Below, one piece after another: positions 7,708 through 16,305 of a DNA stretch of 56,547 bases (position 1 is the stretch's first letter; every line of letters starts with the position of its first letter). The translations under genes were made by a program, and so were the position numbers. Source of the stretch: a virus (taxonomy: Duplodnaviria; Caudoviricetes); IMG/VR virus record IMGVR_UViG_3300003894_000008, positions 1 through 56,547 of that record; one strand, written 5' to 3'. Under the pieces are notes generated by a model, which was not told the origin of the DNA, made no database searches, and saw nothing but the letters and a program-made list of their open reading frames with translations.

Positions 7708-8094
7708 ATGTCCCAGTTGCTTAAACACGATCCCGAAGACACATCCGTTCGATGGTCAGAGGACGATATCCAGTTGGCAGTCGTCACATGGCTCCGGAAG
7801 CATAAGTTCATGTTCGCGGCGGATCAGAATGCTGGTCGTCGATCCAGACGCGATGGTGCAAGGCGGAAGGCACTCGGCATGGCGGCAGGTGAACCAGACT
7901 TGCGAGTGTATCGTCAAGGTGGCGTCGTCACGTTCATCGAGTTGAAGACGGCTCGTGGTCGGGTCAGCCCAGCGCAGAAGGATCGTATCCAATCGCTCAA
8001 CGATCTGGGGTTCGTCGCTGTCGTCGTCGCCGCATCGTGTCCAGCCGATGCGGTTCGAGATGTCGCGGCGGTTCTCGATGGGGGTGCAGCATGA
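7708..8094 (+). CDS. VRR-NUC domain nuclease / Holliday junction resolvase
   Basis: SEDDIQ, GEPDL, FIELK, GRVSPAQ motifs. Confidence 0.9.
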   Translation: MSQLLKHDPEDTSVRWSEDDIQLAVVTWLRKHKFMFAADQNAGRRSRRDGARRKALGMAAGEPDLRVYRQGGVVTFIELKTARGRVSPAQKDRIQSLNDLGFVAVVVAASCPADAVRDVAAVLDGGAA

Positions 8095-8576
8095 CGGACT
8101 CATACAAGCCATTCATGGATGTCAAAGGAGATCCGGCACAGTTCGAGCCGGTTAATTCAAAGGCGGGATCTGAAGTCAGGAAGCGCCGGTTGTCGCCAGC
8201 GCAGGATTGGTTCAAGCGAGAGATGATCGACAAGGAAGCGCTGGTCGCAGCCCAGCGTTTCGCCAAGGATTACGAGGAATCAGCCCTGAAACCGCGATAT
8301 ACGTCGAGTTCATGGGGAGTTGATCGTGTATCCGGTGGCGAAGAAGCTCCAGATCAGTGGTTTATGAGGCAGAAGGCGGCGGGTTCCGCCTTTTTAGCTG
8401 CTATCGAGGCAATACCGCCTCGCGCACGTCCGGCATCAGAAGCGCTGCTGGCTCAGGAGTTGAGCGTCAGGGAGTACGCCAGCGGCGGTGTGCAGGCGGC
8501 AGAGGCGCGAACGCTGGCTTTAATCGGGCTGGATGCGCTGGTCCTGCACTATGATCATGTAGTTTCGCGCCGGTAA
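8091..8576 (+). CDS. DUF6456-like putative late transcription regulator
   Basis: AAQRFAKDYE ... GLDALVLHY pattern; position upstream of the packaging genes. Confidence 0.5.
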   Translation: MTDSYKPFMDVKGDPAQFEPVNSKAGSEVRKRRLSPAQDWFKREMIDKEALVAAQRFAKDYEESALKPRYTSSSWGVDRVSGGEEAPDQWFMRQKAAGSAFLAAIEAIPPRARPASEALLAQELSVREYASGGVQAAEARTLALIGLDALVLHYDHVVSRR

Positions 8577-8759
8577 TCACTTTGATATGTTTCGATCAGG
8601 CTTCGGTTGGTGCGCCCAGTCGGGGCATTTCATTGTGGTTTTGGTGAATTTCACCACATTGCTCATGGCAACTCATTGATATTGCAGCATTTGGAGATGC
8701 TGGGGCAGTATCTTAAGCGTTTTTTTCGATGGTGGCGGCTCTTTTTCATCCCAGACGGC

Positions 8760-8849
8760 AAGGGGGGGAGGGGGCCGAGATTGCGCGGGGCCTCCCCCCC
8801 TTCTATATACCCCCCACCCTCAAAAAAAATCGTTGGCGAAAAAAATCGA
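8760..8849. repeat. 12-bp perfect inverted repeat plus A-tract direct repeat; candidate pac or terminus signal
   Basis: AAGGGGGGGAGG (8760-8771) / CCTCCCCCCCTT (8791-8802); AAAAAAATCG twice. Confidence 0.5.
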
Positions 8850-8861
8850 GGATAGAGGTTA

Positions 8862-9626
8862 ATGGCTTACGGTCGCGATGGCATCGGCAATGAGGGCGGT
8901 CAGACTGGCGGGGGCCATGCTGGTGACGGTTCTGATCACGAGTTAGGTGCTGCCGCACAGGCCAACCGCTCGCGGGAGGGCAGGGTTGGTCAGGAGATAC
9001 GTGACCGTGCTGCTGCTGCGGAACGGGTTGAGTTACGTGCGAAGGAAGAGCGTGCCAAGCGAGCACGCGCCAAAGAGATTGAAGATATTTCGTTGTTTAA
9101 GGAGGCCCAGCAAAGGGGTGTCTGGGGTGCGGCATTAAACCATGTGAAGGGTTTGTTGCCTGGTGTGAATGTTCAGGCGAGGAATTACAAGAATGCGACG
9201 ATCAAGGGGCAACCGATTGATGCCCCGAATGTTGTTGATGTCAGTGCGGCTCGTGCTGTTGGTGACGTTATGGGCTTGGCTTTTGGTGTTCCTGGGGTGG
9301 GTGACGTTGCTGACGCTGCTACGAAGTCCATTGGTTTTGATACGACGGTTAATGATTACACGAAGGGCATGAGTGGTCCGAGCAGCACGCCTTCCAAGAA
9401 GGGCACGCCTGTTGGCGGTGACACCACTTTCGCGTCACGAGTCGCTGCTCCGACGACATCGGTAGCTCAGGCGGCACCGGCTCCAACGGGGAGTTACGGC
9501 ACGTCTCCGAGTGGTTTGTTGAGTAAGAACGTTGATTTATCGGCTTCACGCATTGAGCGGTTATCGCCGGTAGATCGGTTTCGGTCTGATTATTACAACG
9601 GTTATTATGGGAACAGGTACGGATGA
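8862..9626 (+). CDS. hypothetical protein (Gly/Ala/Thr-rich)
   Basis: 254-aa ORF with GAGG RBS, coupled to terS. Confidence 0.7.
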   Translation: MAYGRDGIGNEGGQTGGGHAGDGSDHELGAAAQANRSREGRVGQEIRDRAAAAERVELRAKEERAKRARAKEIEDISLFKEAQQRGVWGAALNHVKGLLPGVNVQARNYKNATIKGQPIDAPNVVDVSAARAVGDVMGLAFGVPGVGDVADAATKSIGFDTTVNDYTKGMSGPSSTPSKKGTPVGGDTTFASRVAAPTTSVAQAAPAPTGSYGTSPSGLLSKNVDLSASRIERLSPVDRFRSDYYNGYYGNRYG

Positions 9627-10210
9627 AGCGGTCGAGGGAAGAGCGCAAGGCTGAGAATTTGGCTGTTAAGGAGAATGAGATTGCTGTTGTTGCGGCTGAG
9701 AATGAGGCCAAGCGCGGCATGACGACGGTTCCGACGCCTTACAGTCCGGAGGTTGCTGAGGAGATTTTCGAGTGTCTGGCGAATGGTCAGAGTTTACGGG
9801 AGATCTGCAAGCGGCCTGAGATGCCTGCCCGTGGGAATGTTTACGCTTGGATACGGCATAATACGAATGGCTTTGCGGATCATTGGCGTGATGCGAAGCT
9901 GGCTGGCATTGAGTCGTTGGCTGATGACATTCTTGACATTGCTGATGATGGCACGAACGACTGGATGGAGCGTGCTGGCAAGGATGGCAAGGTTGAGGTT
10001 GTTGCTGACAAGGAGCATATTCAGCGTTCCAAGGTCCGGATTGACACGCGCAAGTGGTTGTTGGCGAAGTTGCTTCCGAAGGTTTACGGGGACAGTACGA
10101 AGGTACAGGTTGAGGATGTTACGGTTCGGGATCTGTCGGACGACCAGTTGCTGAAGAAGATTGCTTCGATGCAGAAGGTTATCGCTGATGGCACTGTCAT
10201 TGACGGCTGA
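9623..10210 (+). CDS. terS: terminase small subunit (Sf6-like)
   Basis: YSPEVAEEI..LANGQSLREIC HTH; DDILDIADD; RIDTRKWLLAKLLPKVYGD. Confidence 0.9.
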   Translation: MKRSREERKAENLAVKENEIAVVAAENEAKRGMTTVPTPYSPEVAEEIFECLANGQSLREICKRPEMPARGNVYAWIRHNTNGFADHWRDAKLAGIESLADDILDIADDGTNDWMERAGKDGKVEVVADKEHIQRSKVRIDTRKWLLAKLLPKVYGDSTKVQVEDVTVRDLSDDQLLKKIASMQKVIADGTVIDG

Positions 10211-10949
10211 TTCTTCTGGTTTGGCTCAGTTGAGTCGGAAAGAGCTTGAAGAGTACATGGCTGCTCTTGAGGAGCAGAAGCGGCGGATACAGCGGCGGTA
10301 TTACTACACGTTGTTTCCGGATGATGGGCCGTTGCGGCGGGATTTATATCCGAAGCACGTAGAGTTTTTTGCTGCTGGCATTGATTGTCGGGAGCGGTGT
10401 TTTATGGCTGCCAACCGTGTTGGCAAGACGGTTTCCGGTGGTTTTGAACTGACGGCTCACTTGACGGGTGAATATCCTGACTGGTGGGAGGGTCGGCGGT
10501 TTGACAGGCCGATACGGGCTTGGGCTGCTGGTAAGACGAACGAGACGGCGCGAGATATTGTCCAGATGAAGTTACTGGGGAAGATCACGCACGCTGATGG
10601 GCCGAGGAAGAAGCCTGACGGCACTGGAATTATTCCTGGTGATCTGCATGGCAGTTGCACATGGAAGCAGGGCATCACGGATTTTATTGATACGATTTAT
10701 GTGAAGCATGTTCCGACTGGCGAGTGGTCGCTGCTGGGGTTGAAGTCCTATCAGCAGGGGCGCGGGTCGTTTGAGGGAACGGAGCAGGATGTTATCTGGC
10801 TGGACGAAGAGCCGCCGGAGGATGTTTACGGTGAGTGTTTAATCAGGACGGCGACGACGAAGGGGTTGATTATGTTGTCGTTTACGCCGTTGGAGGGCAT
10901 GTCGTCGGTTGTGTTGTCGTACATGCCGCAGGAGATCAGGCCGGATTAG
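10188..10949 (+). CDS. terL: terminase large subunit, N-terminal (ATPase) part, P22 gp2-like
   Basis: Walker A AANRVGKT, Walker B IWLDEE, motif III SFTP; stops shortly after motif III. Confidence 0.9.
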   Translation: MALSLTADSSGLAQLSRKELEEYMAALEEQKRRIQRRYYYTLFPDDGPLRRDLYPKHVEFFAAGIDCRERCFMAANRVGKTVSGGFELTAHLTGEYPDWWEGRRFDRPIRAWAAGKTNETARDIVQMKLLGKITHADGPRKKPDGTGIIPGDLHGSCTWKQGITDFIDTIYVKHVPTGEWSLLGLKSYQQGRGSFEGTEQDVIWLDEEPPEDVYGECLIRTATTKGLIMLSFTPLEGMSSVVLSYMPQEIRPD

Positions 10950-11004
10950 GTTCGCCGCTAAATAGGCGCGACGGCTGCTACGGTAAGCGGCTACTGGGGC
11001 AATT

Positions 11005-11175
11005 ATGAAAATAGTTTTGTTGATTGTGACGTTGTATTTCGGCGGCGGTGAGTTGCGGTTGATTGCTGGAATCACGCATGAGGCAAGGGCCTGCGCGGAG
11101 ATGCGGCAGGATCTGTTAAGGGAAAACACGCTCTTGGTTGAGGGTGATGTGCGCTGCGCGAGGATTACGTTGTAG
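11005..11175 (+). CDS. inserted ORF 1 (56 aa, hydrophobic N-terminus)
   Basis: MKIVLLIVTLYFGGGEL...; its TAG abuts the next ATG. Confidence 0.5.
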   Translation: MKIVLLIVTLYFGGGELRLIAGITHEARACAEMRQDLLRENTLLVEGDVRCARITL

Positions 11176-11493
11176 ATGAAAAACAAGGCGGCTGAGGCAG
11201 GCAGGGACGGTCACAACTGGCTCTCTAATGGTCGGTCGCTGCGTGAGGAGCTGGGTGACTGGCTATCTCCGAGGGACACTTCGGAGGAGGATCAGGCGAT
11301 TGAGGATCTGAAGGCTGTTTTGCAGGCGATCATCAAGATCCGGCAGGAGCGTAATGAGTTCATGCGGAATAACCCGCAGCACACGATGAGGGCTGAGGTT
11401 GAGTTTGATGTCGAGAGGCGGATTGCGCTCCTTTCGCGGGAGGGTGATTGCATTCTGGCATTCCTTGAGGCGCTGAACGGTAAGCCGCGATGA
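11176..11493 (+). CDS. inserted ORF 2, hypothetical
   Basis: 105 aa; GAGG RBS. Confidence 0.6.
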   Translation: MKNKAAEAGRDGHNWLSNGRSLREELGDWLSPRDTSEEDQAIEDLKAVLQAIIKIRQERNEFMRNNPQHTMRAEVEFDVERRIALLSREGDCILAFLEALNGKPR

Positions 11494-11624
11494 CGGACTT
11501 GCAGGCGATATTACTGGGTTTTGGTTGGGGCGCTTTTATCGGCGTCCCTTTTGGTTATGGGGTTGTTGCGATTCTGTGGCGCATCGAGAAGCGCAGCATG
11601 GAGAAAGAGGGGAAGAATGGTTGA
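11490..11624 (+). CDS. inserted ORF 3, single-TM peptide (44 aa)
   Basis: MTDLQAILLGFGWGAFIGVPFGYGVVAILWR...; ATGA coupling. Confidence 0.5.
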   Translation: MTDLQAILLGFGWGAFIGVPFGYGVVAILWRIEKRSMEKEGKNG

Positions 11625-11817
11625 TTATGCAAGGCGGGATTTCCGCAAGTGGCAGAACAGGCCGCGAGGCACGGCGGAGATTTCGCCGGAAGCAGTTGAG
11701 CGCTTGGCTGAAAAGCGGAGGGCGCTGGTTATTAAACGACAGAATCGGTATGCGCGAGCGCACCCAGGAGAGTTCCTGAGTCGCAAGGAAACGCCGCGCC
11801 ATATTGCGGAAGGGTAG
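11617..11817 (+). CDS. inserted ORF 4, basic protein
   Basis: GAGGGG RBS; MVDYARRDFRKWQ... Confidence 0.55.
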   Translation: MVDYARRDFRKWQNRPRGTAEISPEAVERLAEKRRALVIKRQNRYARAHPGEFLSRKETPRHIAEG

Positions 11818-11822
11818 ACGTT

Positions 11823-12011
11823 ATGGGCCAGCGTGATCGTTACGGAGAGATCGCACTGGGGATTGCGTCAAGGGAACTTAGCAGGGAATGCGAACACGGT
11901 TATCGCCGCTCACAACTGGCATGGCGCTGGGTTGATGTGATGGCGCATGACCATGAATTGCAATTACCGCCAGAAGAGATGGAAGAGTATGAGAGCCTTC
12001 AAGATCGTTGA
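11823..12011 (+). CDS. inserted ORF 5, hypothetical
   Basis: 62-aa ORF in a packed operon. Confidence 0.5.
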   Translation: MGQRDRYGEIALGIASRELSRECEHGYRRSQLAWRWVDVMAHDHELQLPPEEMEEYESLQDR

Positions 12012-12306
12012 GGCCGATGAGGCTGGTATACGGACGTTATTTCACGGCCTGAACGGCAGTCGCACGATTGAGAAGGGTGTATGGCTGAAGGCTGACAAGA
12101 AGATGGTTAAGGATGGCACCAGCAAGACCACGTACTTGTCTGGCTGGCATGTTCTACCGACCTATGAGGACTGCGCGGAATACATGACGCGGTTCACGAA
12201 GCGTCTTGATTTGCTGAAGATTGTTGAGTGTGAGGTTCGGGATACGAGGCCGAAGGAGCATTCTCCGTCGCCAGTGTTGCTGGCTGATTACATGAAGTTG
12301 GTTTAG
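11989..12306 (+). CDS. inserted ORF 6, hypothetical
   Basis: MRAFKIVE...LFHGLNGSR...YLSGWHV; its stop abuts the TerL-C ATG. Confidence 0.65.
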   Translation: MRAFKIVEADEAGIRTLFHGLNGSRTIEKGVWLKADKKMVKDGTSKTTYLSGWHVLPTYEDCAEYMTRFTKRLDLLKIVECEVRDTRPKEHSPSPVLLADYMKLV

Positions 12307-13053
12307 ATGCCGAGAATTAGCGCATCGAAATATCTGGTCAACGCTGGCTGGGATGATGTGCCGCATCTTGACGAACAAACGAAGTCGGAATTGCTGGAAG
12401 CAACGCCGCCGTTTCTGAGGGACGCCAGAACGAAGGGCATCCCGTCGCTGGGGGCTGGTGCGATTTATCCGGTTGTCGAGAGTTCTGTTGTCTGTGATCC
12501 GTTTGAGATCCCTGAATACTGGCCCCGCTGTTACGGGCTTGACGTTGGCTGGAAGAAGACGGCGGCTGTGTGGGGCGCTTGGGACCGTGATGATGATGTT
12601 GTTTACATCTACACGGAGCATTACCGAGGGCAGGCAGAACCGGCGATACACGCGGCTGCGATTAACGCTCGCGGCACATGGATACCAGGAGTTATTGACC
12701 CCGCCAGTCGCGGCAGGGGTCAGAAGGACGGCGAGATGCTGTTCGAGGAATATGAGGGCCTTGGTCTAACGCTAGACAAGGCTGACAACGCCGTGGAGGC
12801 AGGCATTCACAAGATCTGGATGCGGCTTTCAACGGGCAGGCTAAAGATCTTTAGCACTTGCCAGAACTGGTTTTCGGAATATCGGCTTTATCGCCGGAAC
12901 GAGAACGGCAAGGTCGTTAAAGAGTTTGATCACTTAATGGACGCCACTCGCTACATGATTGCGAGCGGCTTGGACGTTGCGGAGGTTCAACCGATGAATC
13001 GGAGTTCCTTCACGACAAGGCCACACGCAGGCGACCAAGTAGCGGGATATTAG
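12307..13053 (+). CDS. terL: terminase large subunit, C-terminal part (lid plus RNase H-like nuclease)
   Basis: WDDVPHL, ARTKGIPSLGAG, GLDVGW, YRRNENGKVVK, DHLMDATRY. Confidence 0.9.
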   Translation: MPRISASKYLVNAGWDDVPHLDEQTKSELLEATPPFLRDARTKGIPSLGAGAIYPVVESSVVCDPFEIPEYWPRCYGLDVGWKKTAAVWGAWDRDDDVVYIYTEHYRGQAEPAIHAAAINARGTWIPGVIDPASRGRGQKDGEMLFEEYEGLGLTLDKADNAVEAGIHKIWMRLSTGRLKIFSTCQNWFSEYRLYRRNENGKVVKEFDHLMDATRYMIASGLDVAEVQPMNRSSFTTRPHAGDQVAGY

Positions 13054-13054
13054 T

Positions 13055-15127
13055 ATGAGCAACGGAAAAACCGACGCAAAGACGAAAGCGCCCATCGAGG
13101 AACAGATGCGTGCGATTGTTTATTCTTTGCAGACGCTTGCTGATGAGCAGGTGAAAAAGAAGGTTAGCACGGAAGACCGCTGGCTTGAAGATCTACAGAA
13201 TTATCATGGTCAGTATGATGCGGATACGCTGGCTAACTTAAAGGCGTCGAACAGTTCGCAGGTATTTGTGAATCTGACTCGATCAAAAACGAACGCTTGG
13301 GAAGCGCGTCTTTCAGACATGCTGTTTCCGACCGATGATAAGAACTGGGGCGTTAAACCGACGCCGGTTCCTGAGTTGGCTCAGGCGATTCAACGGGGTG
13401 ACGACACCGCACCTGATGAACATGCGGTAGCAGAAACTTCATCGAAAGCGATGGAGATTGAAATTGAGGATCAGTTTCGCGAGTGTCGTTACAACATAAA
13501 ATCGCGTGACATCATTCGCGACAGTTGTGTGCTTGGTTCCGGCATTATGAAGGGGCCGCTCACGTCTGAAAAAATGAAGCGCAAGTGGGTCGCTCCGCAG
13601 GAGGGTGGAGCGTTCGAGTTGACGCAGGTTGCAGATCCTGCGCCGAGCATGGAATGGGTTGATCCTTGGAATTACTTCCCTGACATGAACGCTCGCCGCA
13701 AGGGTGAGGAGGAATTTGAGTTCGAGCGCCACCTTCTGAACAAGAAGAAGATGCGCCAGCTTGCGAAGCGCCCAGGATTTTACAGGGACGCCATTCGCGA
13801 GATTCTGAAAGAAGATGCGGCGGAAGGCTTGCCTTCTTACGTTGCCCAGTTGAAGGCGATCACGGGCAGCGGCGAAACGATTGATCAGCGGTATCATGTC
13901 TGGGAATACCACGGTCCGATATCCGGTGAAGATCTGAAGTTGCTGTGTGAATGCCACGGCGAAAATGAGATGGCGAAAGCCTATGAGGATGATCCGCTTG
14001 AAGAGCTGAACGTGATTGTTTGGTTTTGTCAGGGCAAGATCCTGAAGTTTGCCGAGCATCCGCTCGACAGTGCCGAGAGCATGTACAGCGTGTTTAATCT
14101 GGAAAAGGACGACAGTTCCATTTTCGGTTATGGCGTGCCGTACCTGATGCGGAACAGCCAGAAGGTTATCAACTCTTCATGGCGCATGGTTCTGGACAAC
14201 AGTGGCCTTTCGACGGGACCGCAGGTTGTTGTGAACAACCAGATGATTGAGCCTGCTGATGGCGACTGGAAGCTGACGCCGCGCAAGTTGTGGAAGGCCA
14301 AGAACAAGAGCAATATCCCGATGGATCATGCTTTCAAGGTCTATCACATTGACGGCAGGCAGGAGCAATTGCTTCGCGTGATTGACGTTGCAAAGAGCTT
14401 TGCTGACGAAGAGACGAACCTGCCGTTGGTTGCGCAGGGCGAAAGCGGCTCGCACCAGACGCAGACATCCGGTGGCATGTCGATGCTGATGAACAGCGTC
14501 AACGTGGTTTTCCGGCGCGTTGTTAAGAACTTTGACGATGACTTCACCACGCCGAACATCCGGCGCATTTACGACTGGAACATGCAGTTTTCACCGAAGG
14601 AGCACATCAAGGGTGACTATGCTGTTGATGCTCGTGGTTCGAGCGTTCTCCTGGTTCGTGAAGTGCAGGCGCAGAACCTGATGCAGATCTTGGTTCAGTT
14701 CTCCGCGCATCCGGTGCTTGGTCCTTTGACGAAGGCTGCGAGCGGGTATCGCCAGATGGCGCAGGCTCACATGCTATCGGCTGACAGTCTGGTTAAGACT
14801 GATGAGGAACTGGAACTTGAAGCGAAGCAGGCGGCAGAAAATCCGCCTCCGCCAGATCCGGAAACAATGAAGATTCAGGCGCAGATGGAGCTTTCCAACA
14901 TGGAGTTGGAGGGCAAGATTGCGCTGGCAGAGATGGATCGCGAGACGAAGCTTATGGCTCTTGCGGCACAGAACGATATGCGGCTTGAAGATCTGCGCAC
15001 CAAGCTTGGTATGCACCAGATCGCCATCGACTCCAAGGAGCGTATGGAGCAGCACAAGACGGCTTCCAAGGAGCGGATCTTTGCTGCCGAAGCTGGCATG
15101 AAGCAGAAATACGGTGAGGGCATCTAA
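13055..15127 (+). CDS. portal protein (P22-like)
   Basis: 690 aa directly after terL; FVNLTRSK, VDPWNYFPD; helical C-terminal barrel-like region. Confidence 0.85.
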   Translation: MSNGKTDAKTKAPIEEQMRAIVYSLQTLADEQVKKKVSTEDRWLEDLQNYHGQYDADTLANLKASNSSQVFVNLTRSKTNAWEARLSDMLFPTDDKNWGVKPTPVPELAQAIQRGDDTAPDEHAVAETSSKAMEIEIEDQFRECRYNIKSRDIIRDSCVLGSGIMKGPLTSEKMKRKWVAPQEGGAFELTQVADPAPSMEWVDPWNYFPDMNARRKGEEEFEFERHLLNKKKMRQLAKRPGFYRDAIREILKEDAAEGLPSYVAQLKAITGSGETIDQRYHVWEYHGPISGEDLKLLCECHGENEMAKAYEDDPLEELNVIVWFCQGKILKFAEHPLDSAESMYSVFNLEKDDSSIFGYGVPYLMRNSQKVINSSWRMVLDNSGLSTGPQVVVNNQMIEPADGDWKLTPRKLWKAKNKSNIPMDHAFKVYHIDGRQEQLLRVIDVAKSFADEETNLPLVAQGESGSHQTQTSGGMSMLMNSVNVVFRRVVKNFDDDFTTPNIRRIYDWNMQFSPKEHIKGDYAVDARGSSVLLVREVQAQNLMQILVQFSAHPVLGPLTKAASGYRQMAQAHMLSADSLVKTDEELELEAKQAAENPPPPDPETMKIQAQMELSNMELEGKIALAEMDRETKLMALAAQNDMRLEDLRTKLGMHQIAIDSKERMEQHKTASKERIFAAEAGMKQKYGEGI

Positions 15128-15324
15128 TGTCAATTGAACCCTTCTCACTCACATGGATGACGATTGATGAGTGGGCTAGGGGAGAGATTGAGGATGCTCG
15201 CGACAACCTAGAAGAATACGACGACGAAGCGCTACGAGGCAGGATCGCGGCTTTACGCGAATTACTGGCCTTGGGTGATTCCGAGCAAAAAGAAGAAATT
15301 ACGTCAGTCGATTACTCGAACTGA
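15127..15324 (+). CDS. small conserved head-module protein
   Basis: LRGRIAALRELL; lies between portal and scaffold. Confidence 0.65.
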   Translation: MSIEPFSLTWMTIDEWARGEIEDARDNLEEYDDEALRGRIAALRELLALGDSEQKEEITSVDYSN

Positions 15325-15394
15325 TGGGCCGTTGGCATTGTGCCGACCGCCATTTAACTGAGCCGCTTAACTGCCGCTCCGAAAGGCCAAGTCT

Positions 15395-16291
15395 ATGCGA
15401 TTAGATCAAGACGGTAATGAACCCCAAGCAGAGGAAACATTAGACGACTTTGAGGCTGAGTTTGCAGCTATGACTTCTGAAGCACCAGAAGATGAGCCGC
15501 AGCCTGAGCCACAACCAGAGCCGGAAGATGCTCCGATGGACAGTGAGGAATTACCTGCTGACGATGGTGAAGACGACGATGCACAAGGCGACGATCCGGA
15601 TGAACCGGACGCCGAAGAAGATAGTCCGGAAGATCCTGTAGCCGCCCTTGAGGCCGCTAAAGCTGAGATTCAGGAGTTGCAGCATCGTGCGAACTCAAAC
15701 GCGGGCCGGATAGCTGCGTACCAAAGACAGATTGCAACACTCTCTGCTCCTAAGCCTGAGAAGGCTGAAGAGGAAGAGAAGGGGCCGGAAGATCCGGATC
15801 TGGTTGCATTCCGTGAAGAGTACCCAGAAGTCGCAGGCCCGATGGACAAACTACGCCAGCGAGACGCAGAAAAGATCGCATCACTTGAAAGGCAGATCTC
15901 CGCGCTTACGGAAGATCAAGCTGCCAGAGCGGTTGCTTCGCAGGAAGACTTCCTGACAAGGCAACATGGTGACTGGCTTGATGTAGTCGGCTCTGAGGAC
16001 TTTATGGAGTGGGTGTCCAAACAGCCTAAATTCATTCATGACGCAGCGTTGCGCAATGGCGAGCGGATTGTAGACGGCGAAGAAGCCGCTACGGTTGTCA
16101 GTCTCTACAAAGCCTTCAATCGTCAGAATGAACCTGAACCGCAGCCAAGTGCTGCATCACAAAAAACTGCTGATAAGCGTAAACGTCAACTCAAGTCTGC
16201 GGCGACTGTTCCGCAGGGTGACGCCGGTTCTACGACTGGTGTTCCCGAAGACTTCGAGGCGGCATTTAATTTTTACGCCAGCGAAGGTTAA
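15395..16291 (+). CDS. scaffolding protein
   Basis: highly acidic N-terminus, coiled coil, directly upstream of the capsid gene. Confidence 0.75.
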   Translation: MRLDQDGNEPQAEETLDDFEAEFAAMTSEAPEDEPQPEPQPEPEDAPMDSEELPADDGEDDDAQGDDPDEPDAEEDSPEDPVAALEAAKAEIQELQHRANSNAGRIAAYQRQIATLSAPKPEKAEEEEKGPEDPDLVAFREEYPEVAGPMDKLRQRDAEKIASLERQISALTEDQAARAVASQEDFLTRQHGDWLDVVGSEDFMEWVSKQPKFIHDAALRNGERIVDGEEAATVVSLYKAFNRQNEPEPQPSAASQKTADKRKRQLKSAATVPQGDAGSTTGVPEDFEAAFNFYASEG

Positions 16292-16305
16292 AGGAAACCT
16301 GAAAT

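Noticed and set aside
10947-12309. TAG read-through or amber recoding joining the terL region (TAGATG junctions at 11173 and 12304)
   Set aside because: Reading through the TerL-N TAG hits TAA three codons later, the two halves are in different frames, and the capsid gene ends in TAG before a terminator.
10941-12312. T4 gene 60-type ribosomal bypass between matching CCG codons
   Set aside because: The 1.36-kb gap is filled with apparently translated ORFs, far beyond the 50-nt gene 60 hop, and TerL-C has its own coupled ATG.
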